Source of the DNA: Alteromonadaceae bacterium | GTDB taxonomy: Bacteria; Pseudomonadota; Gammaproteobacteria; Enterobacterales; Alteromonadaceae | DNA: 64,000 bases | Assembly: GCA_038141035.1 (NCBI GenBank) | Contig: JAYQHI010000045.1 | Coordinates: forward strand, 14,618-78,617 | Reading direction: 5' to 3' | Part shown: positions 32,704 to 43,339 of the stretch, piece after piece | Position numbering within the stretch: the stretch's first letter is position 1 | How the letters are laid out: every line of letters starts with the position of its first letter | Position numbers and translations under genes: made by a program | Notes under the pieces: model-generated | The model's input: the letters and a program-made list of their open reading frames with translations, nothing else | The model's database searches: none | Told to the model about the DNA's origin: nothing

Positions 32704-33606
32704 TTACGCCATTAACGCTGTTAAAATTAACGCAATAGCAATGCTGATCGCCATTTCTACAGCAGCAACACCAATGTTGTGTTGTTGATCAACTTCTTCT
32801 ACTAAATTAATACCGAATAAAACAATGCGTTTAGCAATGTTGGTTAATAAAGCCACTAATAAAGTCATCACTAAACCAAATAATAACCAACCTAATAAGT
32901 TATTAACTAAGGTTTCTGGGCTGTAGGTAAAAAAGTGGCTAGCAGCGGTGATCGCTAAAGCTGTGCTGATCACTTGGCCGGCATAACGTAATGCTAATGC
33001 AACTTGACCATTTTCAAAGGCTTCTTGTAAACAATCGTCTTGATTATATTTGGCATATTGACGCTCTTTAATACGAGTAACAATAACCAACATAGTTTGA
33101 GCCACCAAAAATCCACTAATAATAGCGATAAAGGTACTTACGGTTAAACCATGCACCCAAAGTAAAACTGCGCGGATCACTATAGCAGTGGCAATAACAC
33201 CGGCGGCATCAACAATACCCACCGTTAGGTTTTTTGCCTTAATTTGTGCGGTTTTATCTAATTTTTGTAGCGCTACACGATCATGAATAATACGGCCAAT
33301 TTTTATCAGTATTAAACCAAATATGCCATAAGCTGACATGCCAATTGCTTCCATGAGGTAACTCTCGGCATTTTCACCGGTGATCGCCCCTGTTAATACT
33401 ATGCCTAAGGCAGCAATGCTGCCCGCAACACTAATACCGAAAGCAAAGTTATCTTCTTTCGATAGCTCGTCGGTGGTATTTACGTTGGCAGATAACCCTG
33501 AAATAAATCGCATTGCGCCTAATAAAATAATGGCAATGGTTACATCAATGATTAAATAAATGAGTAAGTCTTGGGTCAGTCCGGTCATTTCTATTATGTT
33601 ATTCAT
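32704..33606 (-). CDS. integral membrane protein with four DUF350 (YjfL-like) repeats
   Basis: 300 aa. Four repeats each pair a polar loop and an N/Q residue with a TM helix: TTDELSKEDNFAFGISVAG, DKTAQIKAKNLTVGIVDAAG, LQEAFENGQVALALRYAG, VEEVDQQHNIGVAAVEMA. Confidence 0.65.
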   Translation of the reverse strand: MNNIIEMTGLTQDLLIYLIIDVTIAIILLGAMRFISGLSANVNTTDELSKEDNFAFGISVAGSIAALGIVLTGAITGENAESYLMEAIGMSAYGIFGLILIKIGRIIHDRVALQKLDKTAQIKAKNLTVGIVDAAGVIATAIVIRAVLLWVHGLTVSTFIAIISGFLVAQTMLVIVTRIKERQYAKYNQDDCLQEAFENGQVALALRYAGQVISTALAITAASHFFTYSPETLVNNLLGWLLFGLVMTLLVALLTNIAKRIVLFGINLVEEVDQQHNIGVAAVEMAISIAIALILTALMA

Positions 33607-33627
33607 CTTTTCTTCCTAAAATTCTGC

Positions 33628-34603
33628 TTATTTACCACGAGAAAAACCGCGAGATGTTGTGGTACTACTGTTTCTGAAACTTGAGCTACTTGATTTACTG
33701 TAGCTACTTTTATTGGTCGAAGTGCTTCTAAATTTATTTAAACTGCTTTGGGCTTGTTTACTTTTACTTGAAATACCAGAAGCACCGGCGCGATTTTTAT
33801 CGTAAGCACTGGTAAATTTTTGCCCTCTTTGCGCGAATGATTTACGCGTGCGAGTATCAAGATCTGTTTGTTTTTTTAATTGCGAAGGGGAGCTGTAACG
33901 GGTGCGGCCATAGTCATTATAATAACTGTAATTTCTGTTTTGACCCCAACTACTGTATGAGTGACGGCGAGAGCCAAATAAATCGCCCATCATAGAATAC
34001 ATGCCATACCATGCCCAAAACGACATGCCACTACTATCAGTTTGCCAACTGCCATAACTTGGGTTGCCAATCAGCTGTTCACCAACACCAAAATCTTGTG
34101 CCTTGTTCGCTTGCATACTTTGGCTTTTGGATAAGGCATTTACTCTTGGTAATTGACCATCTGACATATCAGCTAAAACATTTAACGGATCACTTAAGGC
34201 ATCTGAATATAATACCGGATCAGCTGCTTGATATAAGTTTAAGGTCTCTTCGTATAATGCTTGGCTGGAAGTGAACATTTGCGGATTGGTTTTTTATGGT
34301 ATTTAGTCGATCAACTAAAGCTAAAAACATTGGCCCTTGCGGGGTCGCATCTTTTTTAAATTCATTAATTAATGGTGCTAATTCAGGTTTTAGTTGTAAG
34401 ACCTTAGTAGCATATTGTTTAATTAAATTTGCATTACGAACGGTGCCATTTTCTAGCGCTTGGCTTAAGGCATTAATTCGTTGTTCAGTAATGGGAATCT
34501 GTTGAGTGATTTGTTCTTTGACTGGGTCTGAACATGCGCTTAATAACATGGTCAAGTAAAAAACAATATCCGAGAAAATGGCATTCCGTGATCCTATTTC
34601 CAT
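33628..34603 (-). pseudogene. lipoprotein of unknown function with a Ser/Arg/Tyr-rich C-terminal tail, one frameshift
   Basis: ORF 34220..34603 (lipobox LLSAC) and ORF 33628..34278 join in the T6 run 34290-34295. The tail reads ...SWGQNRNYSYYNDYGRTRYSS...STSTNKSSYSKSSSSSFRNSSTTTSRGFSRGK. Confidence 0.6.
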
Positions 34604-34624
34604 AAATTCTAATAGAGATCGATA

Positions 34625-34653
34625 TATGTAACATTTGAGACATAATATGTCTA
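34625..34653 (-). promoter_or_regulatory. predicted sigma70 promoter of the lipoprotein-DUF350-aminopropyltransferase operon with an embedded palindrome (34639..34651)
   Basis: Minus strand reads TAGACA-tattatgtctcaaatgt(17 nt)-TACATA. The layout and 13-mer (GACATATTATGTC) match the promoter at 30898..30925. Confidence 0.5.
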
Positions 34654-34766
34654 ATGGTTTGTTTGTTCTAAGGGAAATTAGTTTGTAACGTTTTGTGCTT
34701 GCTGTATATAAAATAAGGCTCTACAGTAGAGGGCGTTACGCTTTGAATACTAGTTAAGGAAACATA

Positions 34767-37620
34767 GTGGCTGTGCTTATTGAAAATGATCTTTTATTAA
34801 CTATGCAATTAACAAGGTGGCAGCAATTAGTTGCTTGTCATCAAGCAGAACTCGCTACCTTAACCGATGAACAAACCGCTTTATTAAAACAAGCGATCAG
34901 TTTAAGTGATTTTGTTTATCAAAGTATTGAACGGGCTGCCGCTGACATTATTCCATTATTTCAAGCTGAAACGCTTTTCCCTAAAGCTGATATTGATTAT
35001 TTAAGCGCGTTGCGTAACAAGCTTAAAACATGCGAAAGTGAAAGTGAGCTTCACAAAATATTGCGCCTTTTTCGTTGTCAAGAAATGGTGCGGATTGCCG
35101 TTGGTGATATTCTTGGCCAATTACCGTTAAAAAGGTCGTTATCGGCATTATCTGAACTGGCGGAGGCGTTAATTATTGCCGCCCAAGAGTGGTTAACTAA
35201 CTTATGCCAAAAACAATGGGGGATACCGCAAGATAAGCAGGGTAATCGACAAACCTTATTAGTATTTGCTATGGGAAAACTTGGCGGTAAAGAACTTAAC
35301 TTTTCGTCTGACATTGATTTGATTTTTAGTTATCCAGCTGGCGGTGAAACCGTAGGCACAAGACGTGCTTTAGATAACCAACAGTTTTTTATTCGCTTAG
35401 GACAAAAGTTAATTACAGCATTGCATCAAGTCACCGAGCATGGTTTTGTTTATCGGGTTGATATGCGTTTACGGCCGTTTGGAGAAAGTGGCCCGTTAGT
35501 GATGAGTTTCAGCGCACTTGAAAGTTATTACCAAGAGCAGGGCCGAGATTGGGAACGTTATGCCATGTTAAAGGCGCGTTTAATCGGTGATAGCCCTTAT
35601 CATCAAACATTAGAACAACTAATTAAACCTTTTGTTTATCGTCGATATATCGACTTTAGTGTGATTGAAAGTTTACGAAAAATGAAACGCATGATTGCAC
35701 AAGAAGTTCGGCGTAAACATTTAATCAATAATATAAAATTAGGCGCGGGTGGAATTAGAGAAGTTGAATTTATTGTCCAAGTATTCCAGTTAATTCGTGG
35801 TGGCAGAGAGCCTAAATTACAGCAGCGTAATTTATTAACGGTTTTACCCCTGTTATTCGAACACGGAGAAATAGAGCACGAAAGCTATAAAACGTTAGAA
35901 AATGCTTATTGTTTTTTAAGACGTGTTGAAAATATTATTCAAGCCTTGGCGGATCAACAAACCCAAACTTTACCTGATGATGAACTCAATCAAGCACGAC
36001 TAATAACAATTTTAGCTTACCAAAGCTGGTCTGATTTTTTAGTTGATGTTAATCAACATATGCAGGCGGTTCATCAAGCATTTAGTGAAATGATTGGCGA
36101 AGAATCGCCTAATCATCAAGCGCATGACGAGCATTGGCAAACCTTATTGTTAAGTGATTGGAGTGCCGAAGAGTCGATTGAATATATTGAAGAATATGCG
36201 CCATTTTGGTCGGGCACGGAAGTATGGCAATTGCTTAAGCAATTCACTGATGACATTAATAAGCGGGCAATTGGTCTTCGTGGGCGGCAAGTACTTGATA
36301 AATTATTACCTCTATTGTTATGGCATTTACAACAAAACAAAGCGTCAATCACGGTTTTTGAGCGGGTTAGTCATATTTTAAAGTGTATTATTACCCGTAC
36401 GGCTTATTTGGAATTATTATTTGAAAATGAGGGCGCGCTTAAACATTTAATTAAATTATGTAGTGCGAGTAATTGGGTAGCGGAGCAAATTGCTAACCAC
36501 CCCATTTTGTTGGACGAATTGATTGACCCACAATTACTGCATAACCCGCCAGCGTTAAGCCATTACGCTTCTGATTTGCAACAAGTGATGCTGCGAATTC
36601 CTGAAGATGACTTAGAAGCACAAATGAATATTTTGCGACAATTTAAGCAAGCGCAGCAATTACGGATAGCGGCGGCCGATATTTCAGGTGTATTACCGAT
36701 CATGAAAGTAAGTGATCACTTAACGGCTTTAGCGGAAGCTATTTTGGCGGAAGTGATTAATATTGCTTGGCGACAATTAACACTAAAACATGGTGTACCT
36801 AATAGTTTGTTAACATCTAATGATAAAGGTTTGTTAGTGATAGGTTATGGTAAAATGGGGGGACTCGAGCTGGGTTATAGCTCTGATCTTGATTTGGTTT
36901 TTATTCACAATAGTGAACTAGATGATAAAACCACGGGCAATAAACCGCTGACGGCGTCACATTTTTTATATCAAGTTAGCGCAAAAAATGATGCTTATTT
37001 TTAATACCCGCATGGCGAGCGGTATTTTATATGAACTGGATCTACGTTTAAGGCCATCGGGAAATTCAGGCTTATTAATGGTTAATATTGATAACTTTGC
37101 CAAATATCAACAAGTAGAAGCATGGATATGGGAACACCAAGCGTTAGTTAGAGCTCGTGCTATTTATGGCAGTTTGGATTTAGTAAATAAATTTAATCAT
37201 ATTCGTCAAATGATTTTATCTTTACCTCGTAATACCGACGAACTTAAAACTGCTGTTGTTGATATGCGAGCTAAAATGCGCAGTCATTTAGATAAATCTA
37301 GCGAACTTATTTTTGATGTTAAACAGGGGAAAGGTGGTTTGGTGGATATTGAGTTTTTAGCACAGTATTTAGTGTTAAATAATAGTCATCAACTCCCTGA
37401 CATTACTGAATATTCAGATAATGTGCGAATTTTTGAGTTATTGGCAAAATATCAGTTAATTACACCAGAAGAGGCCGAGCAATTTATTGCGACTTATTGT
37501 CAGTTGCGAGATTATGGCCATCGCTTAAGTTTACAAAACCAGCCGAATCAAAGTGAGCCTGAATTATTTGCTGAACAAACTCAATCAATAAGCCAAATCG
37601 TGAATAAATATTTAGCTTAA
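34767..37620 (+). pseudogene. glnE: bifunctional glutamine synthetase adenylyltransferase / adenylyl-removing enzyme GlnE, one frameshift
   Basis: GTG start. It has two nucleotidyltransferase domains (GKLGGKELNFSSDIDLIF and GKMGGLELGYSSDLDLVFIH). ORFs 34767..37004 and 36988..37620 join at the T6 run 36962-36967 (HFYIKLAQKMMLIFNTRMASGILYELDLRLRPSG). Confidence 0.92.
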
Positions 37621-37655
37621 TTTACAATGGATTCGGAAATTTTAATAAATTATTT

Positions 37656-38362
37656 TTACCAAGTAGATTGTTGATTAGATAAGTGAGTACACTCAGCCGT
37701 TAAGTAGCTATTGGGCTCTGCAATCAACACTAGGGTTCGATGTTTATAACAAAAATAAATATCGACACCGTGTTCAAAGTGGCCTTCAATTGCTTTACCT
37801 ACTTGAAATGCAGTTTTGACAATATCTTTATCAATACGAAAGGGATCTTTTACTAAAAAGTCACGATTAAGCCACCACATTACTTCGACACCTTGCTCTT
37901 GGCCGTATTCGGATAGTTTTTGATACAAGGTTTCACCGACTCTAAAAGGCCTTGCTTCGCGGTTACCTCGCCAATTTTTACGTAGTGGGCGAGTGACTTT
38001 TTTCGCGCTTCTAAGATCTCGCTTAAGTTGCCTTTGGGATCTGGTAAATAAACAATGTTTTCACGAATACGTGGGCCTTTTTCATTAAAACTTGGGTTAA
38101 TGCTAGCGTAAAAGCGTGATAAGCCTTCAGCTGCTGCGTTGCCTGAGTTTTTAACTATTTTTTTGGGAGCAGGTGTTGAGGCTAATCCTGTTACATCTTC
38201 AGAACTCGTACTTTCAGATACTACTATTGTTTCTGCAACTTCTTTTTCATCACTTTCAAATAGCTCAATGATATCAACCAGTAACTCTTGGTTGGCAAGT
38301 AGAATATATGCGGCTGCAGCTAAAATAACGCCAAAAATTAAATTGCGTATCCAAAAACCCAT
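37656..38362 (-). pseudogene. membrane-anchored hypothetical protein, one frameshift
   Basis: ORF 37880..38362 has an N-terminal TM helix and an acidic/Ser-rich linker. ORF 37656..37928 is in a frame open upstream to at least about 38030 (...NWRGNREARPFRVGETLYQKLSEYGQEQGVEVMWWLNRDF). The shift lies somewhere in 37965-38005. No confident family assignment. Confidence 0.5.
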
Positions 38363-38427
38363 ATTAAATAAATCCCTTGATAGTTCAGGTTAGTTATCGT
38401 TATTTAGCTAACCATACTTAATAATCT

Positions 38428-39362
38428 TTATTTATACAATGACGGATCGTTTTCATTTTCGCGAGTTTTAAAGCGTCGATGTACCCACATGTATTGCTCT
38501 GGTTTATAAGAAATCGCTTTTTCTAGTTCTTGGTTCACCCGTAGTAGATCTGCTGCGTCATCACCACTTGGAAAGTTTTGCCAAGGTTTGGAAAATGAAA
38601 TGGTATAGCCGCTATCGTCATCATTTCGTGTTGGTGTCATCATTAACACTTGGCAGTTTTTTTGTTTGGCAAAAATTAAGGTGCCGGTTGTGGTTGCGGC
38701 ATCAATCCCATAAAAAGGAATAAACAAACTTTTATTTCGACCATAATCTTGATCTGGTAAATAAATACAAGACTCACCGTCTTTTAAAGCTTTTATCAAA
38801 CCCTTAACATCACGTTTGCCCAGCATATATTTATTGGCACGATTACGTCCTCTAAATTGAAAATACTCCATTAAGGCATTGTTGTTTGGTCGATAAAAAA
38901 CCACCATAGGCTCTGCAGCACCAGCACCTCGACAGTTCATCTCGGTACTAAGATAATGCATGGTTAAAATTAAAACCCCTTGGCCTTGAGCTTTAATTTT
39001 TTCAATGTTTTCTATGCCTTCAATGGTCACTTTTCCTTTAAAACGCCAATCTGGCCACCACCAGCCCATACCAGTTTCTAGCAAGGCAATACCAGTGTTT
39101 TCGATATTTTTTTCAATAAGGCGGTTCGTTCTGCTTCACTTTTTTCAGGGAAACATAATGCTAAGTTACGTTTAGCAACTTTGATTCGACTGTAGCCTAA
39201 TTTATAGAGCAATCGGCCAATCATGCGGCCCAGCCATAATTGCCAGCGATAAGGTAACCAAGATATTGTGTATAGAGTGATAACCCCTAACCAGGTTAGC
39301 CAATACTTAGGTAAAAAATACGATAGTTTGAAGTTGGGCTGTAAAACTTTGTTGCTACTCAC
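38428..39362 (-). pseudogene. lipid A biosynthesis lauroyl/myristoyl acyltransferase (LpxL/LpxM, HtrB/MsbB family), one frameshift
   Basis: ORF 39078..39362 (FLPKYWLTWLGV...NLALCFPEKSEAER) and ORF 38428..39084 (LILTMHYLSTEMN, IYLPDQDYG, PEQYMWVHRRFK) join at the T7 run 39107-39113. Confidence 0.85.
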
Positions 39363-39547
39363 AATATATTCATCATAGTTACTCGCAAGCGCTACGCCTT
39401 GCGTTTGTTATGTTTGGCGTTAATTATATCGGGTAAAGGCCGAGGTATGAAAGCATAACCTGTTTCTTTTGGCAAAAAGTGTTGCGGTGGTTTTTTTCGC
39501 GTAGAATATGCAAAATTAAAAGTCATCATACTTCTTGAGAATACTGA

Positions 39548-40640
39548 ATGAGTCAGCAAATAGATAATACTCAAATTAAAGAAATAGAATTAATTATCGG
39601 TAATTCTAATTCGAACTTTTCTGGAGTCACTTCCACTATGTTACAGCTCCTTTCAGAGCAACAGAAACACATTAATTTACGGGTCATGGGGAAACACCAT
39701 TTACCTGATAAATCGTTAAATATTAGTTTTTGGCAAGTGGTTAAATTGTGTTTTAAGCCGTTATCAGATGGCCGATTCAGAGTTTTTCATGCGCGCCGAG
39801 TTGATGAAATGATCCAAGCGTTAATTTTAAAACATATTTTTAGAGCTAAAATCAAAATTATTTTTAGTAGTGCTGCTCAGCGATATCGCAGTGGCTCTAC
39901 GTTATGGATCACCAATAAAATGGATGCGGTTTTAGCCATGTGTAAAGCGTCGGCAAGTTATTTACATCGTCAACCGGATGCCATTATTTATCATGGTGTT
40001 AAAACCAATGAATATGTTCCTGCTCAAAATAAATCAGCAGCGTGGCAAGCGTTAAATTTATTACCGGAATCTGCGCAAAAAAGGGAAACTGGGTATTGCA
40101 ATTTTAGGACGAGTTAGAGCACAAAAAGGGGTGCATTTATTTGTTAAGGGCTGTATTGCTGTTTTGGATAAATATCCTGATTACACTGCCGTGGTAGTTG
40201 GCTCAATTAGCGCAAGCAACGAAAGCTTTGTTAAAGAACTACAGGCAGAAATTGAACAAGCTGGTTTAAGTGAACGCATTATTTTCGCAGGTGAGCAGGA
40301 CTTTTCTGATATCCCTAAAATTTTTAGTGCTTTATCACTAGTGGTGGCGTTAAGTGATAATGAAGGTTTTGGTTTAACGGTTCTGGAAGCTATGAGTAGT
40401 GGCGCAGCTGTATTAGCAAGTGAAGCTGGTGCATGGCCTGAAGTCGTTCGTCAAGGAACAGACGGTTATGTGGTGCCGATTAATGATTTACCGGCCGTGG
40501 TGGAAAAAATGGATTTATTGTTAAGCGATCAAGAAGGCTTAACAACGATGGGAAAAAATGGCCGTGAACGTGTGCTTGAGCATTATTCGGTTGAGCGAGA
40601 AGCTAAGCAGTTGGTGGATTTCTACCGTAGTTTGATGTGA
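39548..40640 (+). pseudogene. GT4-family glycosyltransferase (LPS core-type, by context), one frameshift
   Basis: ORFs 39548..40117 and 40131..40640 join at the A6 run 40077-40082 (...GIAILGRVRAQKGVHLF...). The EX7E region is NEGFGLTVLEAMSSGAAVLASEAGAWPEVV. Confidence 0.8.
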
Positions 40641-40698
40641 TGACTTAAGAAAGTGTCTAAATCACGTTATTTTAGGTTAATCTGATAAAATCACGCTA

Positions 40699-40740
40699 AA
40701 AATAAAAAGCCTCTCTGGTTTAAACTAAAACGAGAGAGGC
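40699..40740 (-). terminator. rho-independent terminator of the PEP-CTERM gene
   Basis: Minus strand reads GCCTCTCT-loop-AGAGAGGC followed by CTTTTTATTTTT. Confidence 0.7.
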
Positions 40741-40775
40741 GACATAGGGAACACTATGTTGTTTTTTAAATAAGA

Positions 40776-41333
40776 TTACTTAGCGATTTTTCTTCTATTT
40801 AAGCCAATGAAAATACACACTAGCGCAAATAATGCCATTGATGAAGGCTCAGGTACTTCGCTAGCGGTGAATTGGAAGTCAGAAATTTGAGCTCTTGCTG
40901 AACCTTCTGTTGAATCAACTGAAACCATTCTAAAACCAAAAATATCACCTTGTTCGACTGCGAATGCTGCACTGCCTTCTTGTCTACTCTCAGCGTTAGC
41001 ATCTCGATCTGAAAGCAAACTAAAATCACCATTTAATAACCAGCCAAAATAATCGGAGAAAGGAAAATCGTCAGAGTTGTATAACCAATCAAATGAAACG
41101 ATACCGTCTGCATGAGCACTGCCAAAAATTGCATCGGTAATTGCATTTTCTGTTTGGCCATCATTGCTACTAACTAAAGTTAATGCGGTTTTATCGTCAG
41201 AAAATTCAGCTGAACCATGATCTTGGGTAAGTTGCCAATTGCTCGCATCATATTCTGCGGTAAAGGCATTAATAACATCAGCGTTTGCTGTACTAACAAA
41301 TAAAGCTAAAACTAAGATAAAAATATTTTTCAT
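40776..41333 (-). CDS. PEP-CTERM sorting-signal protein (secreted, exosortase substrate type)
   Basis: Signal peptide, then the C-terminal VPEPSSMALFALVCIFIGLNRRK. This is a PEP motif, a TM helix and a basic tail. Confidence 0.85.
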   Translation of the reverse strand: MKNIFILVLALFVSTANADVINAFTAEYDASNWQLTQDHGSAEFSDDKTALTLVSSNDGQTENAITDAIFGSAHADGIVSFDWLYNSDDFPFSDYFGWLLNGDFSLLSDRDANAESRQEGSAAFAVEQGDIFGFRMVSVDSTEGSARAQISDFQFTASEVPEPSSMALFALVCIFIGLNRRKIAK

Positions 41334-41528
41334 TATTATTTCCTTTATTACTACTTATCTATAAGGATATTCAATTAATACTTATAAAGCTATTACTGTG
41401 CCAACTTTTTAAGGTGTTGTTTTTAAAGGTTTTAATTTTTTTGTTAAGTTGGCTTTATTCGCATGTAAAGTATTTTGACAAAATAACCAAAAAATTAACT
41501 TTTTATTAACATTATCACTTTGTTTTGC

Positions 41529-41939
41529 TTACATAATTTTACTTCGCATGGTTTTTACTTGTGATCTTTGCTTCTTTTTATCCATGCGTTTTAATTGTGA
41601 ACTTCGGCTGGGTTTTGTCGCTCGGCGTATTTTTTCTACTTTATTTACGCTTTGAATTAACAACATTAAGCGCTCGATAGCATCAGATTTATTTTTATCT
41701 TGGGTACGAAATTGTTGCGCTTTGATGATCACCACGCCATCTTTAGTGATGCGGCTATCTTTTAACACTAACAAACGTTCTTTTAAAAATTCAGGTAAAG
41801 ATGATTTATTAATATCAAAGCGTAAATGTATGGCGCTCGATACTTTATTAACGTTTTGTCCTCCAGCGCCTTGTGAACGGATGGCAGTGAGTTCATAGTC
41901 ATCATCGGGAATAGTAATACTGTTACTGATCTGGAGCAT
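41529..41939 (-). CDS. arfB: alternative ribosome-rescue factor ArfB (YaeJ, peptidyl-tRNA hydrolase)
   Basis: 136 aa with the GGQ motif (RSQGAGGQNVNKVSSAIHLRF) and a Lys/Arg-rich C-terminal tail. Confidence 0.9.
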   Translation of the reverse strand: MLQISNSITIPDDDYELTAIRSQGAGGQNVNKVSSAIHLRFDINKSSLPEFLKERLLVLKDSRITKDGVVIIKAQQFRTQDKNKSDAIERLMLLIQSVNKVEKIRRATKPSRSSQLKRMDKKKQRSQVKTMRSKIM

Positions 41940-41951
41940 TATAAGGTCTTT

Positions 41952-43339
41952 TTAATTGATTAAAGCTATTAATTCATGAATGGTTTTTATCGCGGTAATT
42001 TTCGCGCCAAGCCCTTCCATGGATTTATGGTAATTACGAAATGGAATGAATATTTCGGTAAAGCCATGTTGGGCGGCTTCTTTTACTCTCGGAACACCAC
42101 TGTCGATAGGACGAACGTCACCATTTAAACTGAGTTCGCCCATAATGCAGGTAGTGCGTGGCACAATAAAATCATTAAGGCTACTTAATAAGGCCGTTAC
42201 TAAGGCTAAATCAATACAGGTTTCAGACTCGTCAATTTTTAAGCCACCAACAATATTAAAAAAGGTATCGTGATAAATTTTCGTTTTAGTATGTTTACGC
42301 AAAATACCGGTTAACATTTTTATTCGGTTCATATTTAACCCAACACAAACACGCTGAGGAAATTCAGCTTCGGTTTCTGTTGTTAAACATTGAATTTCCA
42401 ATAATAAATTGCGGTTACCTTTGCGAATACAAGTTATAGCTGAACCTGGGGAGTCAGTGGTCGAGCCAGATAAAAATATTTCGCTGGGGTTATCAACGCT
42501 AATCATGCCACGTTCGCTCATACGGAAAATACCAACAGTATCAATATCACCAAAGCGATTCTTATTTGCCCTTAAGGTACGAATTTGGCCGTCGTTGGTA
42601 TCAATATGTAATAAAGCGTCAACAATATGCACTAAGGTTTGTGGACCTGCAATTTCATTGTTTTTATTGACATGTGCAATAATAAACATGGTTACGTCAT
42701 GCTGTTTACAATATTGGGTAAGGGCTTGAGCCGCACTTTTTACTTGAGAAGGTGAGCCAGGGCTACCATTGGCATTGTCAGTAATAACGGCTTGAATAGA
42801 GTCAATAACGGCAAATTTAATTTTGTTGGCGTCTAACTCTTCAATAATCGCTTCAACACTCGTTTCCGACAGGAGGTATAATTCATTTTCGTTATATTCT
42901 AACCGTAAGCGATTTACTCGGTTTTTAAACTGCGACAGTGATTCTTCGGCTGTACAATAAAGTGATGCCATGCGCTGTGACATACGAGCAACTAAATCGG
43001 ACAGCAGTGTTGTTTTACCTGCACCAGGGTCTCCCGAAATAATATTGACAGAGCCTGTAGTAACACCACCACATAACACACGGTCTAATTCTCCGATGCC
43101 AGTAAGTTGCTTTTCTGCTTCAATTGATTGAATATCATTGATTTTTTTGAGCCGCCACCAATACCACCAGCATAGCCTGCAATGGCCGTACGAGATTTAT
43201 TTGCTACTTTATTGGTATTACTTGAAATTTTCATTTCTGCCAAGGTATTCCATGCGCCACAGCGACATTGTCCTTGCCAGCGATTGTAATTCATTCCACA
43301 ATCAGTACAGACAAATTCTATTTTTGACGTTTTTGCCAT
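41952..43339 (-). pseudogene. radA: DNA repair protein RadA/Sms, one frameshift
   Basis: ORF 43085..43339 (Zn finger FVCTDCGMNYNRWQGQCRCGAW) and ORF 41952..43079 (Walker A GDPGAGKTTLL, KNRFG, Lon-like C-terminal domain) join at the T7 run 43142-43148 (...SKKINDIQSIEAEKQLTGIGELDRVLCGG). Confidence 0.92.
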
